In this document: piece after piece, positions 11,871 through 22,889 of the stretch
How the letters are laid out: the number at the start of each line of letters is the position of its first letter
Numbering within the stretch: the first letter of the stretch is position 1
Assembly: GCF_964355755.1 (NCBI RefSeq)
Contig: NC_092671.1
Span: forward strand, 8,804,001-8,868,000
Reading direction: 5' to 3'
DNA length: 64,000 bases
Source: Antedon mediterranea
Lineage: Eukaryota > Animalia > Echinodermata
The notes under the pieces: generated by a model
What the model saw: only the letters and a program-made list of their open reading frames with translations
Told to the model about the DNA's origin: nothing
Databases searched by the model: none
Made by a program: the position numbers and the translations under genes

Positions 11871-13340
11871 CGGCTACGCAGTAAACTCAATCTGGCCTAT
11901 CAAAAGTTCTGTACTTTCGTGGTTAGTATGGTTATTTCGCACGAAAAAACAAACAAATAATAAATTGATCTTAATAATGGACTTTATACTGTATAGTATG
12001 ATTATTATTGACATTTTTCTTCATAATGAAATGAAACAAATGTTTAAACAAAAAAGCTTTCAACGTTTTCTGGAGAAATTTAAATAAAGAGAGAAACACC
12101 TTGACAGTGGCGCGTTAGGATAATGCAGAAGCACAACCACAGATAGAAGAAAATAAGATTAAATAACTAGACAACATCAACTATGAGTAATGCACCGTAT
12201 TAGTTTAATATTTCATCATGCAAACTTTCATACATACATATTTTATTAATTAATGTTATCAATACAGTCATTTATAGTCAAAGCAAAATATATATTTATA
12301 TTAATATTATATAAATAGACTAAAGTAAAAATTCAATATTATTAAAATTAATATATGTTAGTCCTAATAAAATATTATGATATACTGTATTGTATAGTCT
12401 TTAAATATACAATTATAAATCAGAATTATATACAAATATATAAAAAAGTTAACATCATTATATTTATACACATCACACTAAATATATATACCAGTACTAC
12501 TATTGTTACAAAATTCTAATCATAAAATACTGTTTTTTAGAACACTGTAACTCTGAACAGTAGGTAATGTAAACATTCTAGAAGTGGTGGGCTAGAGATG
12601 GCATATATCATGAATATTCACACACACACATAATATAATATAATTGCAAGACCTTAATTGTTAATGACTAATTGGAAGTACTCCATGATTTATTTAGAAC
12701 CTTTATTTTGTGACTAAACTAAAATATAAAAATGTAGTATGTAAATACAGTAAAATTGACTATTATTTACCAATATCATTTTCTATCATTAGCCAAAATA
12801 TAGTTTATAAATACTGTATTACATTAAAATATGTAATATTTAATAATTTAAATATTGATATTTTTATCCTTTTGATATTAGTAAAAACTGATGAACTATG
12901 ATCTGAAGTGAACATCATGATGTATTCAAGTTCAAGTGAAACCAGCAACAATTGCTGTCAACGAACTCTGACCTACTCAAGTTTAACCAGCAAATATTGC
13001 TGTGCATTTATGAAAGAATAGTATCGTCACAGATTCTTAAACTTGAAAGTTATGTAACAAATTTGATCTTTACTCCATGATCTGATACAGAAGCTCTCAT
13101 CATGTTATGATTACATATTTATAATTTGTCATAAGCCAACCCATTCTTACTTTCACGTTCACTGTTTTTTTGAAAGTATGAATTCACCCACATAAAATGG
13201 TACAACTTAATTTCTGACACATTTTCTACTGAATGTGTCTTAAGTCAATTGGTTGCCATATGAGGTATTCGATGTCTTCTTATTAGTTAATTAAATTCCA
13301 CTTTAATTTATTTATCAATAAAACATTTCAAATTGAAATT

Positions 13341-16300
13341 TCAGGTTTTCATCACAGCGTACGCCACTGCAGCGGCAGCAGCAGCTGAGGCTGTGATTAC
13401 AAACGGGGTTAACTCAAAAAGACTTGATCCTGCAGCTCCATTGGTGTCTCCAGCAGCTGCCTCCTGATCTTCCTCTCTTTCACTTCCTTCTTCTGGTTTG
13501 CCATCTGTTTTGGTTTCATTTGGTACTTGTGATGGCAGAATGTTTTCAAATGCAGCTTTTTCCATACTTGAAATCTCACAAAACATTTCACCTTCGATTT
13601 CCTGTAACCCAACACTTGCAAATGAATCCTGGGATTTTAAAAAAATTAATAACTGTCAGATAATTACACACTAAACTACAGTATATACTTAAGGTGGGCT
13701 TATATTCAACTTAATGCAATTGGCAGCAACTCAAAGAAAAGTTGCACAAAATATGTCCAAATAATGTTCTACTTTTCTGGAACTGAAGAGAACTAAACAC
13801 AAATGACTGGGAAATGTTTAATCACGACCAATTGCATTCAGATAGATGTCACCATAAGCGATCACGCGCACTGGCTCCTATTTTAAATACAAATCATGAT
13901 GCACATACAGTATTGGTAAACACATCTAGCTACAATCAGTTCAATGTCCACACAAACTCTCTAACACTGTTATCATTTTGTTGCCATACGTTAATGTGGT
14001 TTTTAAACAATATACGCTGCTCCTTTTCTAAATTTCTTTGGTGTAACTATCGTATGAAGAATATTAGATCTCTTAATGTATGTTACAATAATGCTCTGCG
14101 CCGTATACTTAATGTCTCCAGAAGTAGTAGTGCCAGTGCAATGTTTATTGAACATGTTGAATAGTGGTAACATCCTTGTTGCTTGTGTTTGCAAACATAT
14201 GCTCCATAACTCCAAAATGTATTGTAGATGGAGAAGCATTCTATAGTTTAGGATTTTTCTTTTTCTGTTTATAAGTTTATTAATATCGATGATATTTCCG
14301 AAAAAAAATGAAATTGAAATAAATACATACCCATCCTCCATTTTCAATGATGTAATCTGCAAAATTATTTTTAATGTATTCAACAGTAAATGAAGTGATT
14401 CCAGACACTTGTTTAGCTTTCTCCTTGTTACTCTTCACTAAGTAACGGGACACACCAAACAGCATAGATACCTAATAGATATAAAACGCTTTATTAATCA
14501 CAGAACAATAAACCCACTATCAACGTAGGCTACTGTAGACACGTTTTTTTAATTTTAACAATTTATGGTGGTGATTATACTTCATGGGTGATAAAATGAT
14601 TTAGTATGGTATCGATTATAATGTGTAGTTTAGCCTAACATGGACGTGAGCAAATAACATGGTCTGAGACTGAGTACTCTGGGATAAAATTTGTTTTCCT
14701 TTTTTCATCTTACCAGACAAGAATTTAGCAATTATTGGTTCTCAGTAGTTTATTTATAAATGCTTTCAGTAATCCTTACAATATGAATACTCGAAATAGT
14801 AAAAAAAAAAATACAACCAAAAGCATCAGCCAAAAAGCTATGTTGCTGACACGTATGTTGTGACGGATAAAAATCAAGATGGTCAGTCGGTAAATCAAAA
14901 CATCAATCAGCGTGGCAAAACCAGTAAGGCATGCCAGTCCATTCCAGGAATGACGTAACAATGGGTGCGCCGGACGAATGAGTTTCAGTTTTATTTTTGC
15001 AAAATTAAAGTTTAAAAATGGTTTTAATATTATCTTAGAGAGTTAATATATTGTTTTAAGGTTCGCATGGCAAAATCGAATGTTGATATAAAGTTTGCGT
15101 TACACAATGCATACAGTATTTTATTGAGTTGAGAAACGTAACAGTTCTTTTCCGAACTAAATATATGTGGTGTACCACAAACTTTATATCAACAGAGTTA
15201 ATATAGACACAATTTGAAATGGAATATGACATAAATTATTATTAAATATTAAGTTAATAATAATGAGAATGGTTATGAATTATTTAAGTAATTTGCAGGC
15301 AGTTTTTCAATTTTGTAGAGTAATGAATATTAACTGATGACAGAAATGTGTGTTCACAGTGGCATATTAAAGATTACTGAAGCTCACCTCAAAATTTACA
15401 GCCAGTTAATTTGGATTTTGCAATGAATGGTTTTCTGCTAATCATCTATTAATAGAGAGGTTTCGCAATCTTACGAATACGAAAACGGATACGTCACGCA
15501 CACGTATTCGTAAGCCATAAAAAAATCTGTTTCGCATGGCAACGAAATATTGAGGCGCGTCCAAAATATGACTGCGGTACGAGGTACGTGTTGCTTGGTA
15601 CTTGGCTGCCTAGGCCTAGCGTAACATCAAAGCGAGTGAGGACTTTAAAAACTGCTATTTATCAAAATTGACCTGGCATTTTAGTAAATTACTTTAGTAA
15701 ATTACTTTCAATAAATCTATAATTATATTATAATCATGAATCATTCCTAATTCAAATGCAAAATGTGCAAAATAGATCAAAAACTATACTCGTTTTGTAC
15801 AGTAGTTACGAATATGACTGGTGATATTCGTCAACACGAATACGCTTTACGAATATGAAATGGGGATCAGCTCAAAAGTTTCACAAATGTATGACGTTTC
15901 CGTATTCGTAAGGTTGCGAAACCTCCCTATTGTGTGTTTCTAAATACTACCAAAGATCTCACACTGACAATATAGGAAATAATATAGCAGCTTTTCCTGT
16001 TTTTTCAGTATAAAGCACTGTCTACACTATCAAACTTTATGTGAAAAAAGAATGTAATGTGCCCATATATGGACATGATGATATCACTACCATATTTGGA
16101 CATATCACTACCATTGGGCACATCACATTTTTTTGTCACATAACGTTTGTTAGTGTAGACAATGACATAGCTTAAGATCTTTGATTCTACCAAAATCACT
16201 ATACCTTATACCACATGGGATTGCTTGATGGTATAATTTTTTGCATGAATGAACTAAATGATGTGTAGCTTCCGTTGGATTCTAAATCTGCTTCAAGTTT

Positions 16301-17175
16301 ATCAAAATCATCTTTGTACATGCTTAATATCTGCTGAGCCATTTTTTCCAATTTTTCTACAGCCTCTTCTACTCTACGTTCTTCCTCTGTTAAGTCTACT
16401 CGTGCAGCGAGCACTTAATAAATATTTAAAAAATGAGAATAAGCAATGTTAATACAATAAATAATTAATACGGAAATAGGCAGAAATAATTGGGTTGTTT
16501 CAAGTTCATTTTCCAATGTATTACAATACAAACTTAAACAAATACTACAGTATACAAATACTTAATGTGAAAAATATGCAATCCTAATAAATTATCATAT
16601 TGTAAAAAGGAGATTTTGTGATGGGTATGAATATTAGTCATTAAGGCTGGCCTTAATTTCATCTCCGCCCCCTCGTTTAACGTAAAGTTGATTTTAACAT
16701 ACTATCACATCCACTAACATAACAAATACCTTAATTAAATATATACAGTTAATAAAGAACAGTGCTTGCTTAGTAACGCAAGGGGTTTAGGTTAATTTCA
16801 TAATCACTAATAATTTTTATTTAATCATCCTAGACAGTAACCTTGGTTTATTTCTGATTCTTTTTCACATGCTGAAATAAACAAAAGAAACTTACCGGGT
16901 GTATCCTCTTCCAACGGTACAGATAACGCATCCGTCTCCAGATCGTCTGCTTCAAAACAATCAAGGCAAATTTTTTCAGAAACCATCTCAACCTGAGGCG
17001 TGGCAAATCCTATACTTTGAAACTTTCCGATCACTATCTGATCAACTTCAAAATCATCATCATTGTCAAATTCTAATTCTGACGGCACCACTCCAAGCAT
17101 CTTAAGCACCAAGTTTTGCGTTTCCTCAAGGAAGGCATCATGATCCGCATCGATTGCCATCACGTAAGACGCCAT
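13341..17175 (-). CDS. BCL2L13: Bcl-2 family protein, BCL2L13 (Bcl-rambo)-like, 4 coding exons, ~305 aa
   Basis: Exons 17175-16896, 16413-16205, 14471-14331 and 13628-13341 (918 nt, phase-consistent). BH4-like FLEETQNLVLKMLGV (cf. BCL2L13 FHYETKYVVLSYLGL), degenerate BH3 LEKMAQQI, BH1-like WYKVSMLF, BH2 ADYIIENGGW with the typical intron after W, then an acidic insert and a C-terminal hydrophobic tail anchor. Family membership is solid; orthology is inferred. Confidence 0.8.
14020..14160 (+). mobile_element. LINE ORF2 C-terminal fragment (CR1/L2-like or RTE-X-like)
   Basis: Translates as LWCNYRMKNIRSLNVCYNNALRRILNVSRSSSASAMF, matching the conserved post-RT region of non-LTR retrotransposons. 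It is intronic and antisense to the Bcl-2 gene. Confidence 0.65.
15451..15931. mobile_element. MITE (~480 bp)
   Basis: ~37-bp TIR AATAG(A/G)GAGGTTTCGCAA(T/C)CTTACGAATACG(A/G)AAACG; internal TACGAATA repeats. Confidence 0.8.
16014..16172. mobile_element. MITE family A, copy 4
   Basis: AGCACTGTCTACACTATCAAACTTTATGTG ... TAGTGTAGACA; same internal repeats as the other copies. Confidence 0.75.
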
Positions 17176-18139
17176 AGTGATGACAGTGGCAAATAAACCA
17201 AGTTCAGTAAATGGTATTAAACACAATTATGCTGCTGGCGGGACAAACAAAGCTTTTTTAGTTGGAGAACAAAACCTTGTAGTTTGTTAAATGTTAGTAA
17301 TGCTTGGATTTCTCCTAGAATCTTCTGTTGAGCGACAGCATGGACAGATATTGCAAGTAAGCATTTAAACCTAAAATAAAGTATAAGGAAGTACTGTCAC
17401 TAATCAGGATATGATTATATTTAACAATGTAATTGCAAGGTTATAAATCTGATGTGTAAACAGGAACCAATAAATTGTTTGTGTGTTCAATGATTGTTAA
17501 ATTTCAATAAATATATGATGAAATAAAGCATTAATAATATCTCTAATTAAAATGTGATTAATGTAATTAGCTGATGACTTAACAATGTAAAAACCCAAAT
17601 GTTCATATCATAGCAGAAGACAGAAGCTTCTATTTAGTATTATATTTTAATTAAAATATAAATCTAAAGGTAAATTACTGTGCTGTGAGCCTGTGGGTAT
17701 CAGTGGCTGGATCATGAACCTATAATAGGTCCATGGCTGAATCTCAATAGAGACACAAAATAAAAGCAAAAACCTAAATCAAACGTTGGAAGTAAAACAG
17801 CCAGAAATTAATCACAATAAATTTATATACAGTATACATTAAAGTTGAAAAAAAAAATGTTTCTGATCATGTCATCATTTTTTTTAGGGCCAGGCTGAGG
17901 ATTGTAATTTACAGTAGTGTGATAGAATGTCCAAAATATACTGTATCTATTCAAAGAACACACAAGCCTTACATCAAGTTTTTGAAAGTTGAACTTTTTT
18001 TTGTAGAACAAATCCTGATATCCAACAGGATTGGAAGACCTAATTCATCAGGATAACACTTGCCTTTCACAGTATATTTATTATCTTTGAATTTGTAAAC
18101 CATATCAATGGAAACCAATAAATAATAATAAATACTAGA

Positions 18140-18380
18140 AGTAACAGGAAAGAAAGTGAAACTATATCATTAGTGAACGGATGTGAATACTATGATTAGT
18201 ATTACCATGGACTTACAAGGTCCTGGTATAACAATTACAGTACCAAGAAACAGGAATGAAAGTAAACAGTAACAATTTATCCAAGTTTAAATCAATCATT
18301 ATGTAATAAAAAAAAAACTCAAAGGTCATGGAGTAGACGTACAATACTAGTTTTATGTGAATTTGAAGGACTTTTCCCCA
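18140..18380. promoter_or_regulatory. Putative IRF/ETS/NF-kB motif cluster upstream of the BCL2L13-like CDS
   Basis: ISRE-consensus GAAAGTGAAACT (18152-18163) preceded by CAGGAA; a second CAGGAATGAAAGTAAA (~18251-18266); kB-like GGACTTTTCCC (18368-18378); a minus-strand donor GTAAGT at 18216-18211 suggests a 5' UTR exon here. Confidence 0.4.
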
Positions 18381-18407
18381 AACAAAATCTAATACATTGG
18401 AGAGTTA

Positions 18408-18745
18408 TGCACTTGTCAATTGTATGACCCACTATACGACCCCCGGGAGAGGTGCGTCATTTGTCCGATGTGCGTCATACTTTTGAATACCATGACGCAC
18501 CCGTGTGTCAAAAAGGTGACTTACCTTTAGGTGACCATGACGCACCCATTTTGACGCACTGTGACCATGTTGTTTATGATATGGTGGGTGGTAAAGTGAC
18601 GGACATTGACACACCTTGTTCATTGATGTGACGTACCATCTAGGTTTTTTGACGCACCCCTGCGTCAGTAATTATTTGTAAATGACGCACTCATGACGCA
18701 CCTCTCCCGGGGGTCGTATAGTGGGTCATACAATTGACAAGTGCA
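18408..18745. mobile_element. PIF/Harbinger (Tourist-like) MITE (338 bp)
   Basis: Perfect 53-bp TIR TGCACTTGTCAATTGTATGACCCACTATACGACCCCCGGGAGAGGTGCGTCAT; TTA TSD; nine TGACGCA motifs. Confidence 0.9.
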
Positions 18746-19364
18746 TTATTTAGTTAAAATTGAATTTAATTATATAAATCCTAATACAAATTTAGTAACT
18801 TTATTATAAATTGTACCCAAGTGCTCTACTGTAGTGTAGATGGTATACTGTACAACTGTTTACTTTTTATTGCTAGATAAATTTAATTTAAATGTGTGTA
18901 TAATTTTAAACGATTATAAATTTTTGAATGTACGCTATTTATTATTACCTTCTGAATCTATAATATTCTATATGTTTGTTTGGATAGTTGCCACTGTCTG
19001 TGCACATACGATACAATACAGACAGGACAGGGGTGCAGTCATACTAATCTACGCCCAGCAGTAGATTAGTAATTTTTGGTTAACATTTTTTATCATAAAT
19101 ATCGGTAGGGTTTATTTTATTAAAATAAAACCGTACCATACCAGGCAATACTGGACCCTATATAAAATAGGCCTAGGCCTATATTATTATTACACAGTAT
19201 ACATACCTGGGCCTGGCGTAGATTAGTAATAGTAATTAATAATAATATGACCTCTGCTGGTGCACCAGCCAGCGGAGAAAAAAGGATTTTTCAAACAGGA
19301 ATCACAAATAGGCCTCAGTCTACTCTAGTAGTCGCCTTCTTAGTTATAAGTTAGGCTAGTTAGA

Positions 19365-21361
19365 GGGGGATCCAGTCAAGTCGCCCCATCGCAAAGTCGC
19401 CCCATACAAAGTCGCCCAATACAAAGTTGCCCCATCGCAAAGTCGCCCCAAAACAAAGTCGCCCCGGCACAGTCGCCCCATTGCAAAGTCGCCCCATTAC
19501 AAAGTCGCCCCATCGCAAATTCGCCCCATCGCAAAGTCGCCCCAACGCAAAGTCGCCCCATCGCAAAGTCTCCCACGGTTTTAATCATATTGGTTGCGTT
19601 TGATATTGATTGCGTTGTTACTTTGGTCGCGCTAAATGTCGTATACAGTATAATGTTTATCCTATATACATAATTTGTGTTTTAATTTTTATTTTACAGG
19701 TTTTGGAGTGATGTGCTTTTTAAAAATCATTAAAAAAATAGTCCCTTGTTTGAAAGTTCTAAAAAGATTATCCCTGATTTATAGTTTCGAAAATGTTAAT
19801 TTAATATGATTTTAAAATTAGTTACCAGAGCCACAATTACGAATCTTTCTTCAACCTACGCGTGGATACCAGCTAATTTTTTAGGATAAGCTAATTTTTT
19901 AGGATAATATAATAAATGTATAATGTGTAGTAGCCTAGGCCTTCGTATAGATTTACAGTAGTTAAAACAATAACAGTGTTGTAAGACAATGAGTGTTATA
20001 GGCTACTTATTGATCATTTTGCATTTATTGACAAGTTATATGTCTTAATTTTATAATGACTTTTCAAAATAAAGAAATAAAAAAAAAAGGATTTCATCGC
20101 CGATATGATTGTTTTACATGCAGGTATTTTAGTAAAATTAAAACGCTACATTTTGACCATGGAAAAACCATCGTACAGTATCGTGTGCGTGTTTTTTAAA
20201 AAGGGGAATCCCCGACGGTCAGCAGAAAGACGTAGCAGCTGTGAGGAAACAGATACCAGAAGGCGCAGCTCCGATTGGTTTCAGAGAATGTTTCAGATGG
20301 CGAGTCGCCTTTTATTCAACAGCACAATGATCATTTTACTGAAGAAATTCTTTTCAACCCCTTTGGTTAGGCCTAGAACATTCTAATTATCATGCCTAAT
20401 AAATATCCTCATATCGGGTATTTATTTAATTTTAAATTAAACAAGACAGTGAAGAGGCACGGAATAATACGTACACGGACGTACGACGAATACACACACG
20501 CACGTCATCATTTACGACATATAGTGGTGATATGATGCAATTTTATAATGGATATAATGATGGGATTGCCTTTCCAGGCTTACAATCAATGTTCATTACG
20601 TAATACTATGTATATAATAGTAAACTGAATGTTTATAAATAAATTGTTTTACGTAATTTGTTGCATATAAAATAAAAGACACAGACGTAGCCTACGTTTC
20701 CTATAAAATATTTCACATTTAAATAATTATGTACTGTTAAATGACATTATGCTGGATAATATTATAATCTTAAACTATGTTTACAATTATTAATATAGGC
20801 CTAATAATAATAATACATATTCATCGACCAAAGTAAAAATAATCTAGATCGTATAACATTATTTTATCGCGACCAAATTTAAACGCGACCGATTTCGAAC
20901 GCGACTGATATCATCGTAAAACTCCGGCGGGGTTTCCCCATCTTCAGATGGTGCGTTGCAGTACGACGACAACGGCGGAGTAATTATGGGGGTTTCCCTC
21001 TGGTAAGCTAGCACGTTAGTGCGACCGCGGAAGGATTAGTCGGGGGCTTCCTCTCTGATGATGGGGTGCGTGCCGATCGTGTGACCTGAGACTACATGGC
21101 GGGGCTTCCCCTTTTTATGCCTACACGTTCCGTGTTATTTTGTGTATGATTGCGACATTTTACGCACTTGTAAACTATTTTTTAACGTTTTGGGGCGACT
21201 TTGCGTTGGGGCGACTTTGTGATGGGGCGACTTTGCGATGGGGCGACTTTGCGTTGGGGCGACTTTGTGATGGGGCGACTTTGCGATGGGGCGCCTGTGT
21301 CGGGGCGACTTTGTTTTGGGGCGACTTTGCGATGGGGCGACTTTGTATGGGGCGACTTTGC
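19365..21361. mobile_element. Foldback-type non-autonomous DNA transposon with tandem-repeat inverted arms
   Basis: The left arm (19378-19575) has ~13 units of 15-16 bp AAAGTCGCCCCATCGC. The right arm (21191-21361) has ~11 inverted units with mirrored variant order. Inner inverted similarity links 19591-19646 with 20850-20906. The outermost right terminus is missing and no transposase ORF is present. Confidence 0.85.
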
Positions 21362-22889
21362 GATTTAGAGGCTGCAGTGCATGTGGGCCGCCCACATTGC
21401 ATGGGCCGATCTACGTCCTACTAGCTACACACTTAACAGTAGTCCTACCATTCAATAATAATAACGGTGGAATGATGCCTCCTCTCTCGTTTCGTAGGCT
21501 TCTTTTTTCCCGTAAGGTCTAGCCTAACTCTTCCTCGGTCGTACGTCAGGTGTCCCCCGCTCCACCACCGCCGTCTCTCTCGTGTGTTTTGTCGACCGTC
21601 GTTACGTACTCGTCTCGCTCTCCAATCCCTCGTTCCCAGCAACATAGAGGGCGAACTATTATTTTTATTATGAAACGTCGTACGCGTCAAACTATTCCCA
21701 CACAAAGTTAATTTAAATGCCCTGAAAAAAGACATACAAAATAGTAATTCAGATTCATTTTTCAAAAATGTCGATGTATGAAGTAATTACTAGGCTGCTA
21801 TATAAACTAGGTGACGAATAAAACATTGATTTATACGAAAGCGGTACTTGAGACTAGTAATACCGACTGAAATAATGGCGAAACAATTTGGAAACAATTG
21901 GGAGCCACCGAAGATTCATAAATAGTTACGTTTATAAAATGAGATGTAGGCCCATGATGCATTCATTCCTCTAACAAAGATGCAATATACAAATAACTCT
22001 ACAAAATGAACTCATATCTACAGTGATGTGACAGAACCGTCTAATCTGAAATATATACATATGATGACTGTATTAATTTCTTTCCATCGTTTGATCGTGG
22101 AAGATTTATACTGAGCGAATCTTAATTCTGCTTTCTCAATGTTTGTTTTAATGAGTGATGACCATTTCAAAGAGTGAATTATTCTAAAGCACCATGTAGT
22201 TAAGACATTAATGATGACCACTGAACTGCTTACGTCATTCAAGCACAAGCTATACACAGTACTAAAAGAGAAATTAACTTAAACACAAATATGAACAATA
22301 ATTTCAAAAAGTTTTTATACACGCGAGCAGCAGACAAACAAAAATGAGCCCAGGAAACAAATTATTGCGGATTACTAGTACCGTATAGCACTAAAAAAAG
22401 AGATAATTGAGGATTATAAATGTTATATTTTTAATGGATCAATCGAATAGGCCTACATAATTTTGCGTATTTTCATGACACGTTGATGTCGTCATTTGCA
22501 CGTTTCCCAATTTATCATATACCATACTGACAAACTTGTAAATTATAATGACAACATTCAACATAATAATTTGGTTTCTTAATTTGTTGAACAACAAACT
22601 AAACATGATTTTCTTTATCAAAAAACTCATTTTCCCTACGAAAGATAAAAACAGGCTGAAGAACAATGATGGTTGTCAATATGTTCGTTTTCTATACCGT
22701 ACTTAAATATAACGGTAGAAACTGTACTATTCGAACTGAGAACTCACGCTAAAACATATTTTAATCCGGAGTAAGGATGCTGGTAGTCAGTGTCTCCATG
22801 CGATTATTTAGGCCAAACCCGCATCGACGATCACTTTAAAGCTAGAACTGTGTTTGTTAGGTTATAGCAGCCGATAATATCTTTTAGAC

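Noticed and set aside
12885-12910. C/D snoRNA or hammerhead core (CTGATGA...CTGA)
   Set aside because: The boxes are too close together, there is no GAAA core or terminal stem, and it is antisense to the host transcript.
20929-21111. CRISPR array
   Set aside because: The repeats are only 10-11 bp and imperfect, there are no cas genes, and the context is eukaryotic. Retained as a kB-like motif array.
19360-21522. ORFs with WGDFA/MGRLC/KSPH repeats
   Set aside because: These are translations of the 15-16-bp tandem arms of the foldback element, open in several frames on both strands.
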